From Steroidobacteraceae bacterium (GTDB lineage: Bacteria; Pseudomonadota; Gammaproteobacteria; Steroidobacterales; Steroidobacteraceae): DNA of 64,000 bases. The translations under genes and the position numbers were made by a program. Of the stretch, positions 55,023-64,000 are shown in pieces. The stretch's first letter is position 1. The number at the start of each line of letters is the position of its first letter. Where the stretch lies: positions 2,578 to 66,577 of the forward strand of contig DASVCI010000051.1 in NCBI GenBank assembly GCA_036381695.1, read 5' to 3'. Below the pieces are notes generated by a model. That model saw only the letters and a list, made by a program, of their open reading frames with translations. It searched no databases and was not told where the DNA came from.

Positions 55023-55829
55023 ATGGTCCGCTCGAGCCGCCTCTTTGATCCGGGCAGCGCGCTTTTGCGCCGAATGTCGATCGGTGCTCTTGCGGCCGTC
55101 ACCGCGCTCGCCACATTGAGTGCCGACACCAGGCCGCAGCCGTTTGCTGCAAGCGGCACCGAAGAGGCGGCCGAGTTCCGCTTCGTGCGGCTCATCTATA
55201 CGGACAACGCGTTGCGATTCGGCGGCGGGCGTGAGCGTTGGCTGACAGACTGGCCGCAGGCCGAGCAGCACTTGATGCGCGGCGTGCGGCGTCTGACGCG
55301 CATCGATGCCGCCGAGGAAGGCCAGTACCTGCCGATCATGGACGACCGATTGTTCGACTACCCGTGGCTCTACGCTGTCGAGGTCGGAAGCTGGGTGCTG
55401 TCCGATGAGGAAGCAGCGCGGCTCAGAGAGTACTTGCTGCGAGGCGGCTTTCTCGTGGTAGATGACTTTCACGGAAGCCTCGAGTGGGCAGGCTTCGTCC
55501 AGAGCATGCATCGCGTGTTTCCGGACCGGGCGATCGTCGACATCCCGCCCGACGATGCCGTGTTCCACGTCGCGTACGATCTGAACGAGCACATTCAGAT
55601 CCCGGGCATCCAGTCACTCTACAGCGGCTTGAGCTACGAGCGCGATGGATTCACGCCGCACTGGCGCGGCATTTACGACGACGACGGGCGGCTGATGGTC
55701 GTCATCAATTTCAACATGGATCTGGGGGATGCTTGGGAGCACGCCGACGTGCCCGAGTACGCGCTTCAATACACTACGCGCGCGTACAAGTACGCGATCA
55801 ACTATATCTTGTATGCGATGACCCACTGA
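55023..55829 (+). CDS. DUF4159-family protein
   Basis: W.TDWP.AE, LFDYPWLY, LREYLLRGGFL.VDDF, DLGDAWE; start uncertain. Confidence 0.8.
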   Translation: MVRSSRLFDPGSALLRRMSIGALAAVTALATLSADTRPQPFAASGTEEAAEFRFVRLIYTDNALRFGGGRERWLTDWPQAEQHLMRGVRRLTRIDAAEEGQYLPIMDDRLFDYPWLYAVEVGSWVLSDEEAARLREYLLRGGFLVVDDFHGSLEWAGFVQSMHRVFPDRAIVDIPPDDAVFHVAYDLNEHIQIPGIQSLYSGLSYERDGFTPHWRGIYDDDGRLMVVINFNMDLGDAWEHADVPEYALQYTTRAYKYAINYILYAMTH

Positions 55830-55862
55830 CGGGCCGCAGGGCTCGCTGCAACCCTCGCGTTC

Positions 55863-56447
55863 TCACCTGAAGAGTCTGAATCGCCAGTAGACCGCGGCCA
55901 GCACTTCGTACGTGTTGAGGTCGGTCTTGGTGAGCTCGCAGTCGCCGCCTCCCGCATCGCAAACGAGGCGATCGAACTCGACCTCCGAGCGGTCGATCGC
56001 GATTTCGAAGCTGACATGCGTGAAGTCGATGCCCACCGCTGCGAACAAGCCCGGGGTCGAGCTCGAATACTGATCGCCGCTCGCGAAGTGATGAACGATG
56101 CCCGCGCGCACATACGGCGTCCAGGCCTCTTCGGGGGTGAAGTTGTAGCCGATCGTGCCAGTGAGCGGCACCTCGACGTGCTCGATGTCGCCGCCGATCA
56201 GGAAGGTCGGGCCCAAACCCACGTCGGCGCGCATCCCCGACGGCCAGTCGTAAACGAAGCTCGCCGCCAGGCCGAGCGGAAATTTGAGGTCGACGTTGAC
56301 GTCGAAGCCCGCGTTGCGAAGGTTGTCCTCGTAAAGGTCGGTTACATCGCTCAAGCCGCTCGCGTAGGCCACGCCCAGCCGCCATTCCATCGCGTGCGCC
56401 GGACCAGCCAGCAGGAGCAAGAGAATCGCTGCCGTCACAACTCGCAT
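55863..56447 (-). CDS. Small outer-membrane beta-barrel protein
   Basis: Signal peptide ..AHA; amphipathic strands; TPYVRAGI; aromatic C-terminus. Confidence 0.7.
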   Translation of the reverse strand: MRVVTAAILLLLLAGPAHAMEWRLGVAYASGLSDVTDLYEDNLRNAGFDVNVDLKFPLGLAASFVYDWPSGMRADVGLGPTFLIGGDIEHVEVPLTGTIGYNFTPEEAWTPYVRAGIVHHFASGDQYSSSTPGLFAAVGIDFTHVSFEIAIDRSEVEFDRLVCDAGGGDCELTKTDLNTYEVLAAVYWRFRLFR

Positions 56448-56563
56448 CGTTTGACCCTCGTCGGACGCGCGCGGCGCCGTCGGAGTAATACCGACGAGCC
56501 CCCTGGCGGGTTCCCACATGCGGCGGTTGCGAAAGAGCCGGCCAGGCCGGCCGGCGGAGCCAA

Positions 56564-57841
56564 CTACGGTTGGGCGGCGGCGGGGCCGAGAATCTCGATT
56601 TCCAGCTCATCCAGGGCTGAGCGAGCCACCCGCGGCTCGGCGCCGAAGGGGCGCTGATAAGAGAAAAAGACCGAGGATCCGTACTGGCTCTCGAGCGTAT
56701 GGCCGGCGCTCATGGAGAACGAGCCCCGACCAACGCTCATGCTCTGCTTGAGCGCGATCAGATCCGTACGCTCGCGACCCCACGTCGTTTGCGTCGCATA
56801 CGCAAGCGAGAGGTTCGCCTCCTCGCTTAGGTGGATGCCGATGCTCGCGAGGCTGCGCTCCATGATCGGATCCTCGAGAAGCGTCGAGCCCACTTCCCTG
56901 AACTCCCGGCTTTGCAGGCGCGCCCGATACATCAGGCTGAAGAGCGAGTTCGTGTGCTCGAAGCCGATGCGGGCGAGCCATCCTTCGCCCTCTTGCGCGC
57001 GACTCGAGGCCAGTGCGATCGAGGCGGTGCCGATCGGACCGATACGCCGGGCGAGGCCGACGCCAAACGCTGCGAGCTGATCGCCCAGATACTCGCCATG
57101 CCCTTCGACGGTGAATCCAAGCGGTGCTGCGCACGCGACCGTCGTATTCGCAAACGCCGGGCCGTATTCGTTGCTTTCGAGCGCGTAATCGCGCCGCACC
57201 TTACCGAAACCCAGCGAGAAATCCGCGCAGCCTTCGTTGACGAGGCGCGTCGGTGCAATCATGCGAGCGCGAATCGATTGCGAGCGCCCGAGCGCGTCGG
57301 TCGCGATCAGGCTCCACGGGGTCGTGCCTTCACCTCGGATCGAGCCGTCGACCTCGACACTCTGCGCGTTGAGCGGATTGGCAGAGCCGCCCGCGGACGC
57401 GAAGAGCGCGTCCTCGACAGTCGGCAGCACGGCCAAGCCCGTCGTCGCCAGCCTCGAGGTGATCACATCTTCGCGCGGACGAGTGCTGGTGCCGAACTGC
57501 ACACCCCCGAAACGCACGCTTCGTCCCCACATGCCGGTCCGGCTGATCGTGTCGCCGATCCGCAGCGTTTCCCGATCCTCCCCGAGGGGCCGCGTATAGG
57601 TGGACTCGAGGCGGGTCACTTCCTCGAGGTTCGCATCGAGCGCCGCTGCGAAGCTGTTCTCGATCACGGCGGCGTCCTTGAGGATCCGGGCGTTGAACGA
57701 GGAATACTCCGCGCTCAGCGCGTCAGCTTTGACCACGACCGCAGGCTCGGGCGCGCCGGGCGCCGTCGCGCACCCTGCCAGGCCGCCCAAGAGGGCGGGC
57801 ACCGGGGCCAGGGCAAGGAGGCGGCGCAAAGCGGAAGACAT
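56564..57841 (-). CDS. Short fimbrial-usher-like lipoprotein
   Basis: LAGC lipobox; TLRIGDTIS..W.RSVRFGGVQ, TDALGR, DFS...G..RRDY...S..YG, TVEGHGE resemble usher segments; only ~425 aa. Confidence 0.6.
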   Translation of the reverse strand: MSSALRRLLALAPVPALLGGLAGCATAPGAPEPAVVVKADALSAEYSSFNARILKDAAVIENSFAAALDANLEEVTRLESTYTRPLGEDRETLRIGDTISRTGMWGRSVRFGGVQFGTSTRPREDVITSRLATTGLAVLPTVEDALFASAGGSANPLNAQSVEVDGSIRGEGTTPWSLIATDALGRSQSIRARMIAPTRLVNEGCADFSLGFGKVRRDYALESNEYGPAFANTTVACAAPLGFTVEGHGEYLGDQLAAFGVGLARRIGPIGTASIALASSRAQEGEGWLARIGFEHTNSLFSLMYRARLQSREFREVGSTLLEDPIMERSLASIGIHLSEEANLSLAYATQTTWGRERTDLIALKQSMSVGRGSFSMSAGHTLESQYGSSVFFSYQRPFGAEPRVARSALDELEIEILGPAAAQP

Positions 57842-58079
57842 CGGCAATGGGCTTGAGGCGCAGGGCTTGGAGGTCTCGTTCGAGCCGGCAAGTTTAGGCA
57901 CACCCCCCTCCCCGGGCTATCATCCGGACCCTGTCCGAGGTCGACCGACAAGTCGGGGGGCTCGGGGCGGAAAAATGGGGTCCACGGGGTGGCTGCAATG
58001 GAGAAGGCCGGGGCGGCCGCCGGCAGGCGTGTAACTTTCGCTGGCAGCCCGTGTCCTCCGCTTAAACGATGGCAGTTCT

Positions 58080-58655
58080 GTGGCAAGGCAAACCCCGGAT
58101 TCCGTCAACAGCGCCGAGTTCGCGAGCTTCATGCGCGCCTACCAAGACATGGTTTTCACCACCGCAGCGCGGATCGCCGGCAATGACAAGCAGGCCGAGG
58201 ACATCGCGCAGGAAGTGTTCCTCAAGGCCTACGAGAACTACGAGCAGATCCGGAACAGCCCGACCGTGGGCGGGTGGCTGAAGACAGTGGCCACGAACCT
58301 TTCCCTGAACTACCTCGCACGCTACCGCCGGCGCTGGCGGCTCTTTTCGGAGATGCACCGCCAGGACGAGGACGAGGATCAGGAAATGGAGCTCCCCATG
58401 CCGGAGAACGTCGCAGCGGGCGTCGATCTCGGCATGCAGCGCCAGCTCATCGAGCAGGCGTTGCAGCGCTTGCCCGAGCCGCACCGGGTGCCGCTCGTGC
58501 TCTATCACTTCGAAGACATGTCCTACGAGGAGATCGCCAAGCGTCTCGGCGTCTCGCTCGCCAAAGTGAAAACCGACATCTTTCGCGCGCGCGTCGCGCT
58601 CGCGAAGTTACTCACTCGCAAAGGCCTTGGGGCCGATATCGCACTGTCGCCATGA
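58080..58655 (+). CDS. ECF sigma factor
   Basis: AEDIAQEVFLKAY, WLKTVATN, MSYEEIA..VKTDIFRAR. Confidence 0.9.
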   Translation: MARQTPDSVNSAEFASFMRAYQDMVFTTAARIAGNDKQAEDIAQEVFLKAYENYEQIRNSPTVGGWLKTVATNLSLNYLARYRRRWRLFSEMHRQDEDEDQEMELPMPENVAAGVDLGMQRQLIEQALQRLPEPHRVPLVLYHFEDMSYEEIAKRLGVSLAKVKTDIFRARVALAKLLTRKGLGADIALSP

Positions 58656-59110
58656 ACGCAGATGATCGCGAACGAGAGCTCGAGCAGCTGATCGGCCGCC
58701 TCCTCGGCGAGCAGCCGCTGCGCCAAGCGCCTCGCAGCCTCGAATTGCGCGTGATGGCCGAGATCGAGCGCAGAGCGCGCCTGCCCTGGTGGCGCAGGAG
58801 CTTCGCCCAATGGCCGCAAGCCGCTCGTGTGGCCTTCCTCGCCGCTTCCGCCGGCTTCGTCTACGTGGGCCTCAGGATCGCAATGTGGGTCACCGAGCCG
58901 ATCGACTCGGCCGCCCGCACCGTCGAATTGCCCGCCGCAGTGACCTGGATTCAGACGCTCATCACGGCGCTCATCACCGTAAGTGAAAGCATGCCGATGC
59001 TGTGGATTTACGGCGGCCTCGCAGTGCTGACCGTCTTGTATGCGGTGCTGTTCGGTGTGGGCACCGCCGCCTATCGCACGATTTACGCCGCGCCTTTGAG
59101 ATCAGCCTGA
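58652..59110 (+). CDS. Putative membrane anti-sigma factor
   Basis: ATGA overlap with the sigma gene; AP..L..RVM.EI motif; 2-3 TMs. Confidence 0.7.
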   Translation: MNADDRERELEQLIGRLLGEQPLRQAPRSLELRVMAEIERRARLPWWRRSFAQWPQAARVAFLAASAGFVYVGLRIAMWVTEPIDSAARTVELPAAVTWIQTLITALITVSESMPMLWIYGGLAVLTVLYAVLFGVGTAAYRTIYAAPLRSA

Positions 59111-59118
59111 GCTCGCCA

Positions 59119-60882
59119 ATGATTCGCAAACTTCACCCGCTGATTCTTCCTCTCGCCGCCCTGTGGGTGTGCCTCGCGAGCTTCGCTCTGAGAGCGCAGG
59201 AGAACGAGCGCTCGGCCGAGCCTCCGGCGCAGCCGCCCGCCGCCGAGGCGCCCGAAGAGAGTGCATCGGACGAGCGCGAGTCTTCACGAACCGAAGAGGC
59301 CATCGGGGAGGATATCGGCGAGCGTATCGAGAGACGCATCGAGCGCAGGCTCCGCGCTCGCCATCGCGACAACGCCATCATCCATTTCGGAGACGATTCG
59401 CACCTGCCCGCCGACCGGGAAGCCGACGAAGTCGTCGCCATCTTCGGCTCGGCCACCGCCGAAGGCACGGTCCACGACAACGTCATCTCGATATTCGGCA
59501 ACACCCGCGCAACAGGCCCAGTAGGTCGCAGCGCCGTCGCGGTGTTCGGCGATGTGTATGTGAATGGCACGGTCGGGGAAGACGTCGTGGCCGTGATGGG
59601 CAACGTCGAGCTCGGCCCCGAGGCCGACGTGGATGGCCAGGTCGTCGCAGTCGGCGGGCAACTGGTGAAGCAGCCTGGAGCGTACGTGCGCGGCGACGAG
59701 CAGGAGATCGCGATCGCGGCCGGCTGGCTCAAGGCCGAGAGCGCGCGCACCTGGGTCGAGCAATGTCTGCTGCTCATGCGCCCGCTCGCGTTCGAGCCGA
59801 ACCTCGGCTGGGCCTGGGGCATCGCATTCGCCTTCCTCGCTTTCTATATCGTCGTGACGCTGATGTTCGGCTCGGCGGTCGAGCGCTGCGTGCAGACGCT
59901 CGAGCAAAGGCCCGGGCAGTCGTTCGTCACCTCGATTCTGAGCGTCCTCGTCACGCCCGCAGTGTTTCTGCTGCTCGCCATAAGCGTGATCGGCCTGCTG
60001 CTGGTGCCGTTCGTCGCGACGATCCTCTTCGGCGCCGTCCTCTTCGGCAAGGCGGTCGTGCTCGCTGCGCTCGGCAGGCGAGTCACCCGCTTCACCGGCA
60101 TCGCTCCGATCAATCATCTCGCCTTCGCGGTCTTCGTCGGCGGCCTGATCGTTCTCGTGCTGTACGTGATCCCGGTCGTCGGCTTCATCGCGTACAAGCT
60201 CCTCGGAATCCTGGGCTTCGGCGTCGTGGCATACACGATGCTGCTGACGCTGCAAGATCGGCGCGCGCGTGCGGAGCCGGCTGTTGCCCAGGCAACGGCT
60301 GCGGCCGGTCCGGGCCCCGGCGCCGCGTTCAGCCCCGGTCCGGGCGCCGCTCCCGCTCCCGAAGCGCCCGCTTCTGCGGAGAGCTCCGCAGGCACAACCG
60401 CCGAAGCCGGGCCGCAAGCCGGCACGACTGCCGAAGCTCATGCTGAAGCCGCCGCACCTCAGGCCGGCGCGCCTGCGCCGGCAACCGCTGCAATCGACGT
60501 AACGACTCTGCCGCGCGCCGGCTTCTGGATCCGGATGGGAGCGCTCCTGATCGACGTGATTCTGGTCGCTGTCCTGCTCGAAATCCTGAGCCCGTTCGGC
60601 GACATCATGCTCGTGGCGCTCGGCGTTTACGGCGCACTGATGTGGAAGCTGAGGGGAACTACGGTGGGCGGCATTGTCTTCGGCCTCAAGGTCGTGCGAC
60701 AGGACGGGCGCGAGATGAGCTGGGATACCGCCATCGTGCGCGCCCTGAGCTGCTTCCTCTCGCTCGTGGTCGCCGGCCTCGGATTTTTCTGGATCGCCTT
60801 CGATCCCGAGCGCCAGGCCTGGCATGACAAGATCGCCGGGACGCTGGTCGTGCGCGCTCCGAAAGGCTCCGCGCTCCTCTGA
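59119..60882 (+). CDS. Multidomain membrane protein: beta-helix-like periplasmic region, multi-TM, RDD domain
   Basis: Signal peptide; repeats V.(I/V)(F/M)G...(V/A).G.V; hydrophobic core; AGFWIRMGALLID..T.G...GLKVV..WHDKIAGTLVV. Confidence 0.8.
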   Translation: MIRKLHPLILPLAALWVCLASFALRAQENERSAEPPAQPPAAEAPEESASDERESSRTEEAIGEDIGERIERRIERRLRARHRDNAIIHFGDDSHLPADREADEVVAIFGSATAEGTVHDNVISIFGNTRATGPVGRSAVAVFGDVYVNGTVGEDVVAVMGNVELGPEADVDGQVVAVGGQLVKQPGAYVRGDEQEIAIAAGWLKAESARTWVEQCLLLMRPLAFEPNLGWAWGIAFAFLAFYIVVTLMFGSAVERCVQTLEQRPGQSFVTSILSVLVTPAVFLLLAISVIGLLLVPFVATILFGAVLFGKAVVLAALGRRVTRFTGIAPINHLAFAVFVGGLIVLVLYVIPVVGFIAYKLLGILGFGVVAYTMLLTLQDRRARAEPAVAQATAAAGPGPGAAFSPGPGAAPAPEAPASAESSAGTTAEAGPQAGTTAEAHAEAAAPQAGAPAPATAAIDVTTLPRAGFWIRMGALLIDVILVAVLLEILSPFGDIMLVALGVYGALMWKLRGTTVGGIVFGLKVVRQDGREMSWDTAIVRALSCFLSLVVAGLGFFWIAFDPERQAWHDKIAGTLVVRAPKGSALL

Positions 60883-61073
60883 GCGTTCGCCCCGCCCGGG
60901 TCTGCGCGGCTTCTGCGACATGAGCGTCGCAGTCTGCCCTTGCGGGCAACGCAGACGCCATTCTCACCCCCATGAGCTAGCATGCGGTCGATCCACTGCG
61001 CGGATCGACCGCGTCCCGCTTTTCGATCCTCCCGGGCGCAGTGGCGGCTTCGATCGCATTCGAGTGCCGCGGA

Positions 61074-63356
61074 GTGAGCCAGAGCGAGAAGACAACCGAT
61101 CCCTTGTCGGAGCGCGCCCGCCCCCGGCGGCTGCGAGCGTCACGCCGCACGCTTGCCGGCCTCGCTCTGCTTGCCCTGGCCCTGCTGCTTGGCTGGGCGT
61201 TCCTTTGGCCGGTGGATGCCTGTCAGCATCCCGCCTGCGCGCGACAGCGCTTCGCGCTTGCGCTCGAGGTCGATGCGTTCCAGCGCGTGCCGCCCGTGCA
61301 GTTCGAGCTGAAGAACCGGAACGAGCGCGTCTCGCTCGTTTCCATTCTGGCGGCGGGTGGCATCGACATCGAGCCGTTCTACGATCAGAACGATCTGCCC
61401 TATCGCGCCGCGAGCGGTCCGCTCGATCGCGCCGACCTGTATCAATTCGCACGCGCCTGGCGAAACGAGAGTGTCCCGCCGGGCGCCGACGCGAAGATCT
61501 ACGCTTTGCTCGCACCCGCGCTGGTGTCGGACACCGGCGAGCCGCTGTTCGGCATCATGTTCGACTTCGCCGACCGCGAGGGAATCGCAGTCGCTCCGAC
61601 AGCCACCAAGCATCGCTTCGCCAAGCGCGAGCCTGATTCCGTCGAGCTCCTGCAGCTTCGCACGTTCGTGCACGAGTTGCTCCATGCTCTCAACCGTCGG
61701 CACATGGATGCGCTCGAGATGCGCGACGGGCGGCTCACGCTGGAAGCGCCGACCCGATGCATTTCCGGCGAAGAGCGTGGCCACTGGTTCCTGCGGGAAG
61801 AGCCGCTGATGGCGATCAGTCCGCAAACGATCCGTTTCTTCCAGACTGCCGCCAGCCGAGACGTGCTGCCCGGGCGCGAGCGCAGCTCGTACGATTTCGG
61901 CCGCGCCTCGCCGACCGAGTGCCAGGATGTGCGCTCGAACCGATGGGACGATCTGGTCGAATCGCGCTGGCAGGTCGCCTTGAGGCGCTTGCTCGGACTG
62001 GTGACGATCGGGTCGGCGCGCGCGGCGGATTCGGAGGATCCGGAGGATTCGGAGGGTGCAGAGGACGCAGAGGATTCGAACGATGCAGAGGAAGCGCCGG
62101 AGGAGCCGCCGGCGCCGCAAGTGGAGCTGCGTCTTCAGCTCCTGCCAGCCGCTTACCCGCTCGGTTATCCCATCGCGGCGCGCATCATGGCGCTCAACAC
62201 GGGCTCCGAGCCTTTACCGATCCGCGGGCGCTTGCATCCGGGCTACGGTATGGTTCAGATCGAGTATCGCGCGGCCGGCGAAGAGGAATGGCAGCTCTTG
62301 AAGCCTGCCGTCACGTTCGAGCCCGTCGATAACGACGAGACCCTGCTCGGGCCCGGCGAGCGGACCGAGCACACCGCCCCGCTTTATTTCGGCGATCAGG
62401 GATGGACGTTCGCCGAGCCCGGCGACTACGAAGTGCGCGCCAAGCTCCACCTCGGGTCCGATGGAGGCGAGGCTCTGAGCGATGCGGTTGCGCTCACGAT
62501 CGAGGAAGCCCGCACGCCTGACGATCAGGCCGTCCTCGCACCGTTGCTGAACTCAGAGGGGCAGCTCGACCTCGCGGTCGGCCAGCTCCTCACGTACGGC
62601 GGGCGCATCGGCTCACCAAAGGACCTCACGCCTCTCGAGGAAGCCACGCAGCAATATGGCCACACGGCGCTCGGGAGCGCCTTGCGCCTGACGCTGATCT
62701 CTCAGCAATTGCGTCCTCCCATCGATCCGCTGACCGGAGAGCGCCCGGCCCCGGACTTTGCCGATGCGCGGGAGCTCCTGAAAGAGACCTGCACCGACAG
62801 CGGTATAGCCGCGCTCAAGCAGCAGTTGCTCGAGCGACATTCCGGCGCGATTCCCGAGGGCATGCACGATCGGGCGGAAAGCGCCGCGGCCGCCTGGGAT
62901 GGCACGACTGCCCGGCCGGGAGAGACGATCCCGACCTATTCCGATCCGACGCTCGTCCCCTGGGGCCCTGCTCTGCATTTCTGCTTCGGCGAATCGCGAT
63001 TGCGCGTACCGGCGCGAGCCGAAATTCCTCGCCTCGCGCGCAAGCTGAGGTCTGCTGAAGCGAAACGCATCGTGATCGTCGGGCACGCGGATTACGCAGG
63101 GACCTGTCGATACAACGATGCGATCGGCTTGCGAAGAGCCGATGCGGTGCGGCGCGCGCTCGCGCAGGCTGGGGTGCCAAGTCGCAAGATGCAGATTGCG
63201 AGCCTCGGCGAGCGCCGGCCGCTCGATTTCGCAGCGGCGCCCGACGCGCATGACCTGAATCGGCGCGTGGAGATTCTGGTCGAGGGGTTCGAGCCGGCGG
63301 ACGAACCCACCCGACGCGCGCTCCCGCGCTGTCCGCCTCACGCGCAAAGCCGTTGA
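61074..63356 (+). CDS. Zinc-peptidase-motif, Ig-like and OmpA C-terminal domain protein
   Basis: N-terminal TM; FVHELLHALNRRH; VGHAD..YN..IGLRRADAV..GE.RP..NRRVEI; start approximate. Confidence 0.8.
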   Translation: MSQSEKTTDPLSERARPRRLRASRRTLAGLALLALALLLGWAFLWPVDACQHPACARQRFALALEVDAFQRVPPVQFELKNRNERVSLVSILAAGGIDIEPFYDQNDLPYRAASGPLDRADLYQFARAWRNESVPPGADAKIYALLAPALVSDTGEPLFGIMFDFADREGIAVAPTATKHRFAKREPDSVELLQLRTFVHELLHALNRRHMDALEMRDGRLTLEAPTRCISGEERGHWFLREEPLMAISPQTIRFFQTAASRDVLPGRERSSYDFGRASPTECQDVRSNRWDDLVESRWQVALRRLLGLVTIGSARAADSEDPEDSEGAEDAEDSNDAEEAPEEPPAPQVELRLQLLPAAYPLGYPIAARIMALNTGSEPLPIRGRLHPGYGMVQIEYRAAGEEEWQLLKPAVTFEPVDNDETLLGPGERTEHTAPLYFGDQGWTFAEPGDYEVRAKLHLGSDGGEALSDAVALTIEEARTPDDQAVLAPLLNSEGQLDLAVGQLLTYGGRIGSPKDLTPLEEATQQYGHTALGSALRLTLISQQLRPPIDPLTGERPAPDFADARELLKETCTDSGIAALKQQLLERHSGAIPEGMHDRAESAAAAWDGTTARPGETIPTYSDPTLVPWGPALHFCFGESRLRVPARAEIPRLARKLRSAEAKRIVIVGHADYAGTCRYNDAIGLRRADAVRRALAQAGVPSRKMQIASLGERRPLDFAAAPDAHDLNRRVEILVEGFEPADEPTRRALPRCPPHAQSR

Positions 63357-63359
63357 GAC

Positions 63360-64000
63360 TCAGGGCGTCGTGACTGCCATCGTCGGGGCATCAGCCGACG
63401 CGGCGTGCTCGAGCTGCGAAAGCTCCTCGAACTCGGGCATGTCGTGCGAGCTCAGGACGCGCACGGATTGACCATGCGCGCGTTTCAGCTCGCGCAGCCG
63501 GTGCTGGTTAGCGAGGCGCGCCTTGCGGTCCTTCTCCATCATCCATTGATAGAAGCGTAGCCCCGGCGTGCAGTAGGGATGCTGCAAATGCATTTCGTCG
63601 TGATAGAAGTACGCATCGCCGGCAAGCAGCAGCCAGTCGCCCGCGCTGCGTTGAACCGCGACCCCCGCGTGGCCGAGCGTATGGCCGACCAGCGGGACGA
63701 GCAGAATTTCCGGCGGCACTCCGGCAAGCTCGCGAACGCAGGAAAACCCGAACCAGGGCGCGCCTTCGTCGGCCGTATAGGCACACCAGCTCGGACGAGT
63801 GGACCATTGCTGCGGACGGTATCGCATGCGATCGAGCATCGAGCGCTGCGCGATCGCATCGTCCCGCTCCGCGCGCAGCATGTGCACAGCCGCTTGCGGA
63901 AAATCGTCGAGCCCACCGGCGTGATCGAAATCCAGATGCGTGAGCACGATGTGCTGAACGGCGGCCGGATCGTAGCCGAGCCGCTCGATCTGCCGCACGG
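63360..64000 (-). CDS. MBL-fold metallo-hydrolase (5' end outside the window)
   Basis: THLDFDHAGGL, GHTLGH, AGDAY, SSHD. Confidence 0.88.
   Translation of the reverse strand, partial: VRQIERLGYDPAAVQHIVLTHLDFDHAGGLDDFPQAAVHMLRAERDDAIAQRSMLDRMRYRPQQWSTRPSWCAYTADEGAPWFGFSCVRELAGVPPEILLVPLVGHTLGHAGVAVQRSAGDWLLLAGDAYFYHDEMHLQHPYCTPGLRFYQWMMEKDRKARLANQHRLRELKRAHGQSVRVLSSHDMPEFEELSQLEHAASADAPTMAVTTP

Noticed and set aside
56490-56514. GGAAC-N16-CGGT upstream of the OM barrel gene
   Set aside because: The -10 lacks the conserved TT; too weak to include in the regulon
63360-64000. Second MBL-fold gene as a beta-lactamase
   Set aside because: THLDFDH motif and context fit a generic MBL-fold hydrolase; B3 signatures are absent and the gene is partial

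Overview
GC-rich (roughly two-thirds G+C by eye) bacterial chromosomal segment, probably proteobacterial; the gene repertoire would fit a soil or compost gammaproteobacterium, which is an inference. It holds about 55 densely packed CDSs. I found no rRNA, tRNA, CRISPR array, transposase or prophage. Main content: (1) a signalling cluster at 4.5-14.9 kb with a PhyR-like stand-alone receiver, a PEBP protein, a second receiver, a kinase-like protein with a degenerate ATPase domain, a 1912-aa poly-HAMP hybrid kinase and a REC-HK-REC hybrid; (2) an ArnT/GT39-type glycosyltransferase with an in-frame palindromic-repeat insertion; (3) tandem TetR, LysR/azoR, a subclass B3 metallo-beta-lactamase and pirin; (4) FecI/FecR facing an STN-type TonB-dependent transducer plus secreted trehalase; (5) clpP paralogue, YejM-like protein, galM, purT, Hsp20, GT4 plus debranching enzyme, fsr, ECF42/DGPF, ABC-2, DegP/Q; (6) an orphan half-length usher-like lipoprotein, an ECF/anti-sigma/RDD operon and a zincin-Ig-OmpA protein. 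Two patterns are visible only in the DNA. First, a GGAAC-N16/17-(C/G)(G/A)TT promoter motif of general-stress EcfG type lies upstream of at least six genes across the window. Second, a ~40-bp GC-rich palindromic repeat family occurs as 11 copies in 4 clusters; it amplifies in tandem and has entered two coding sequences.
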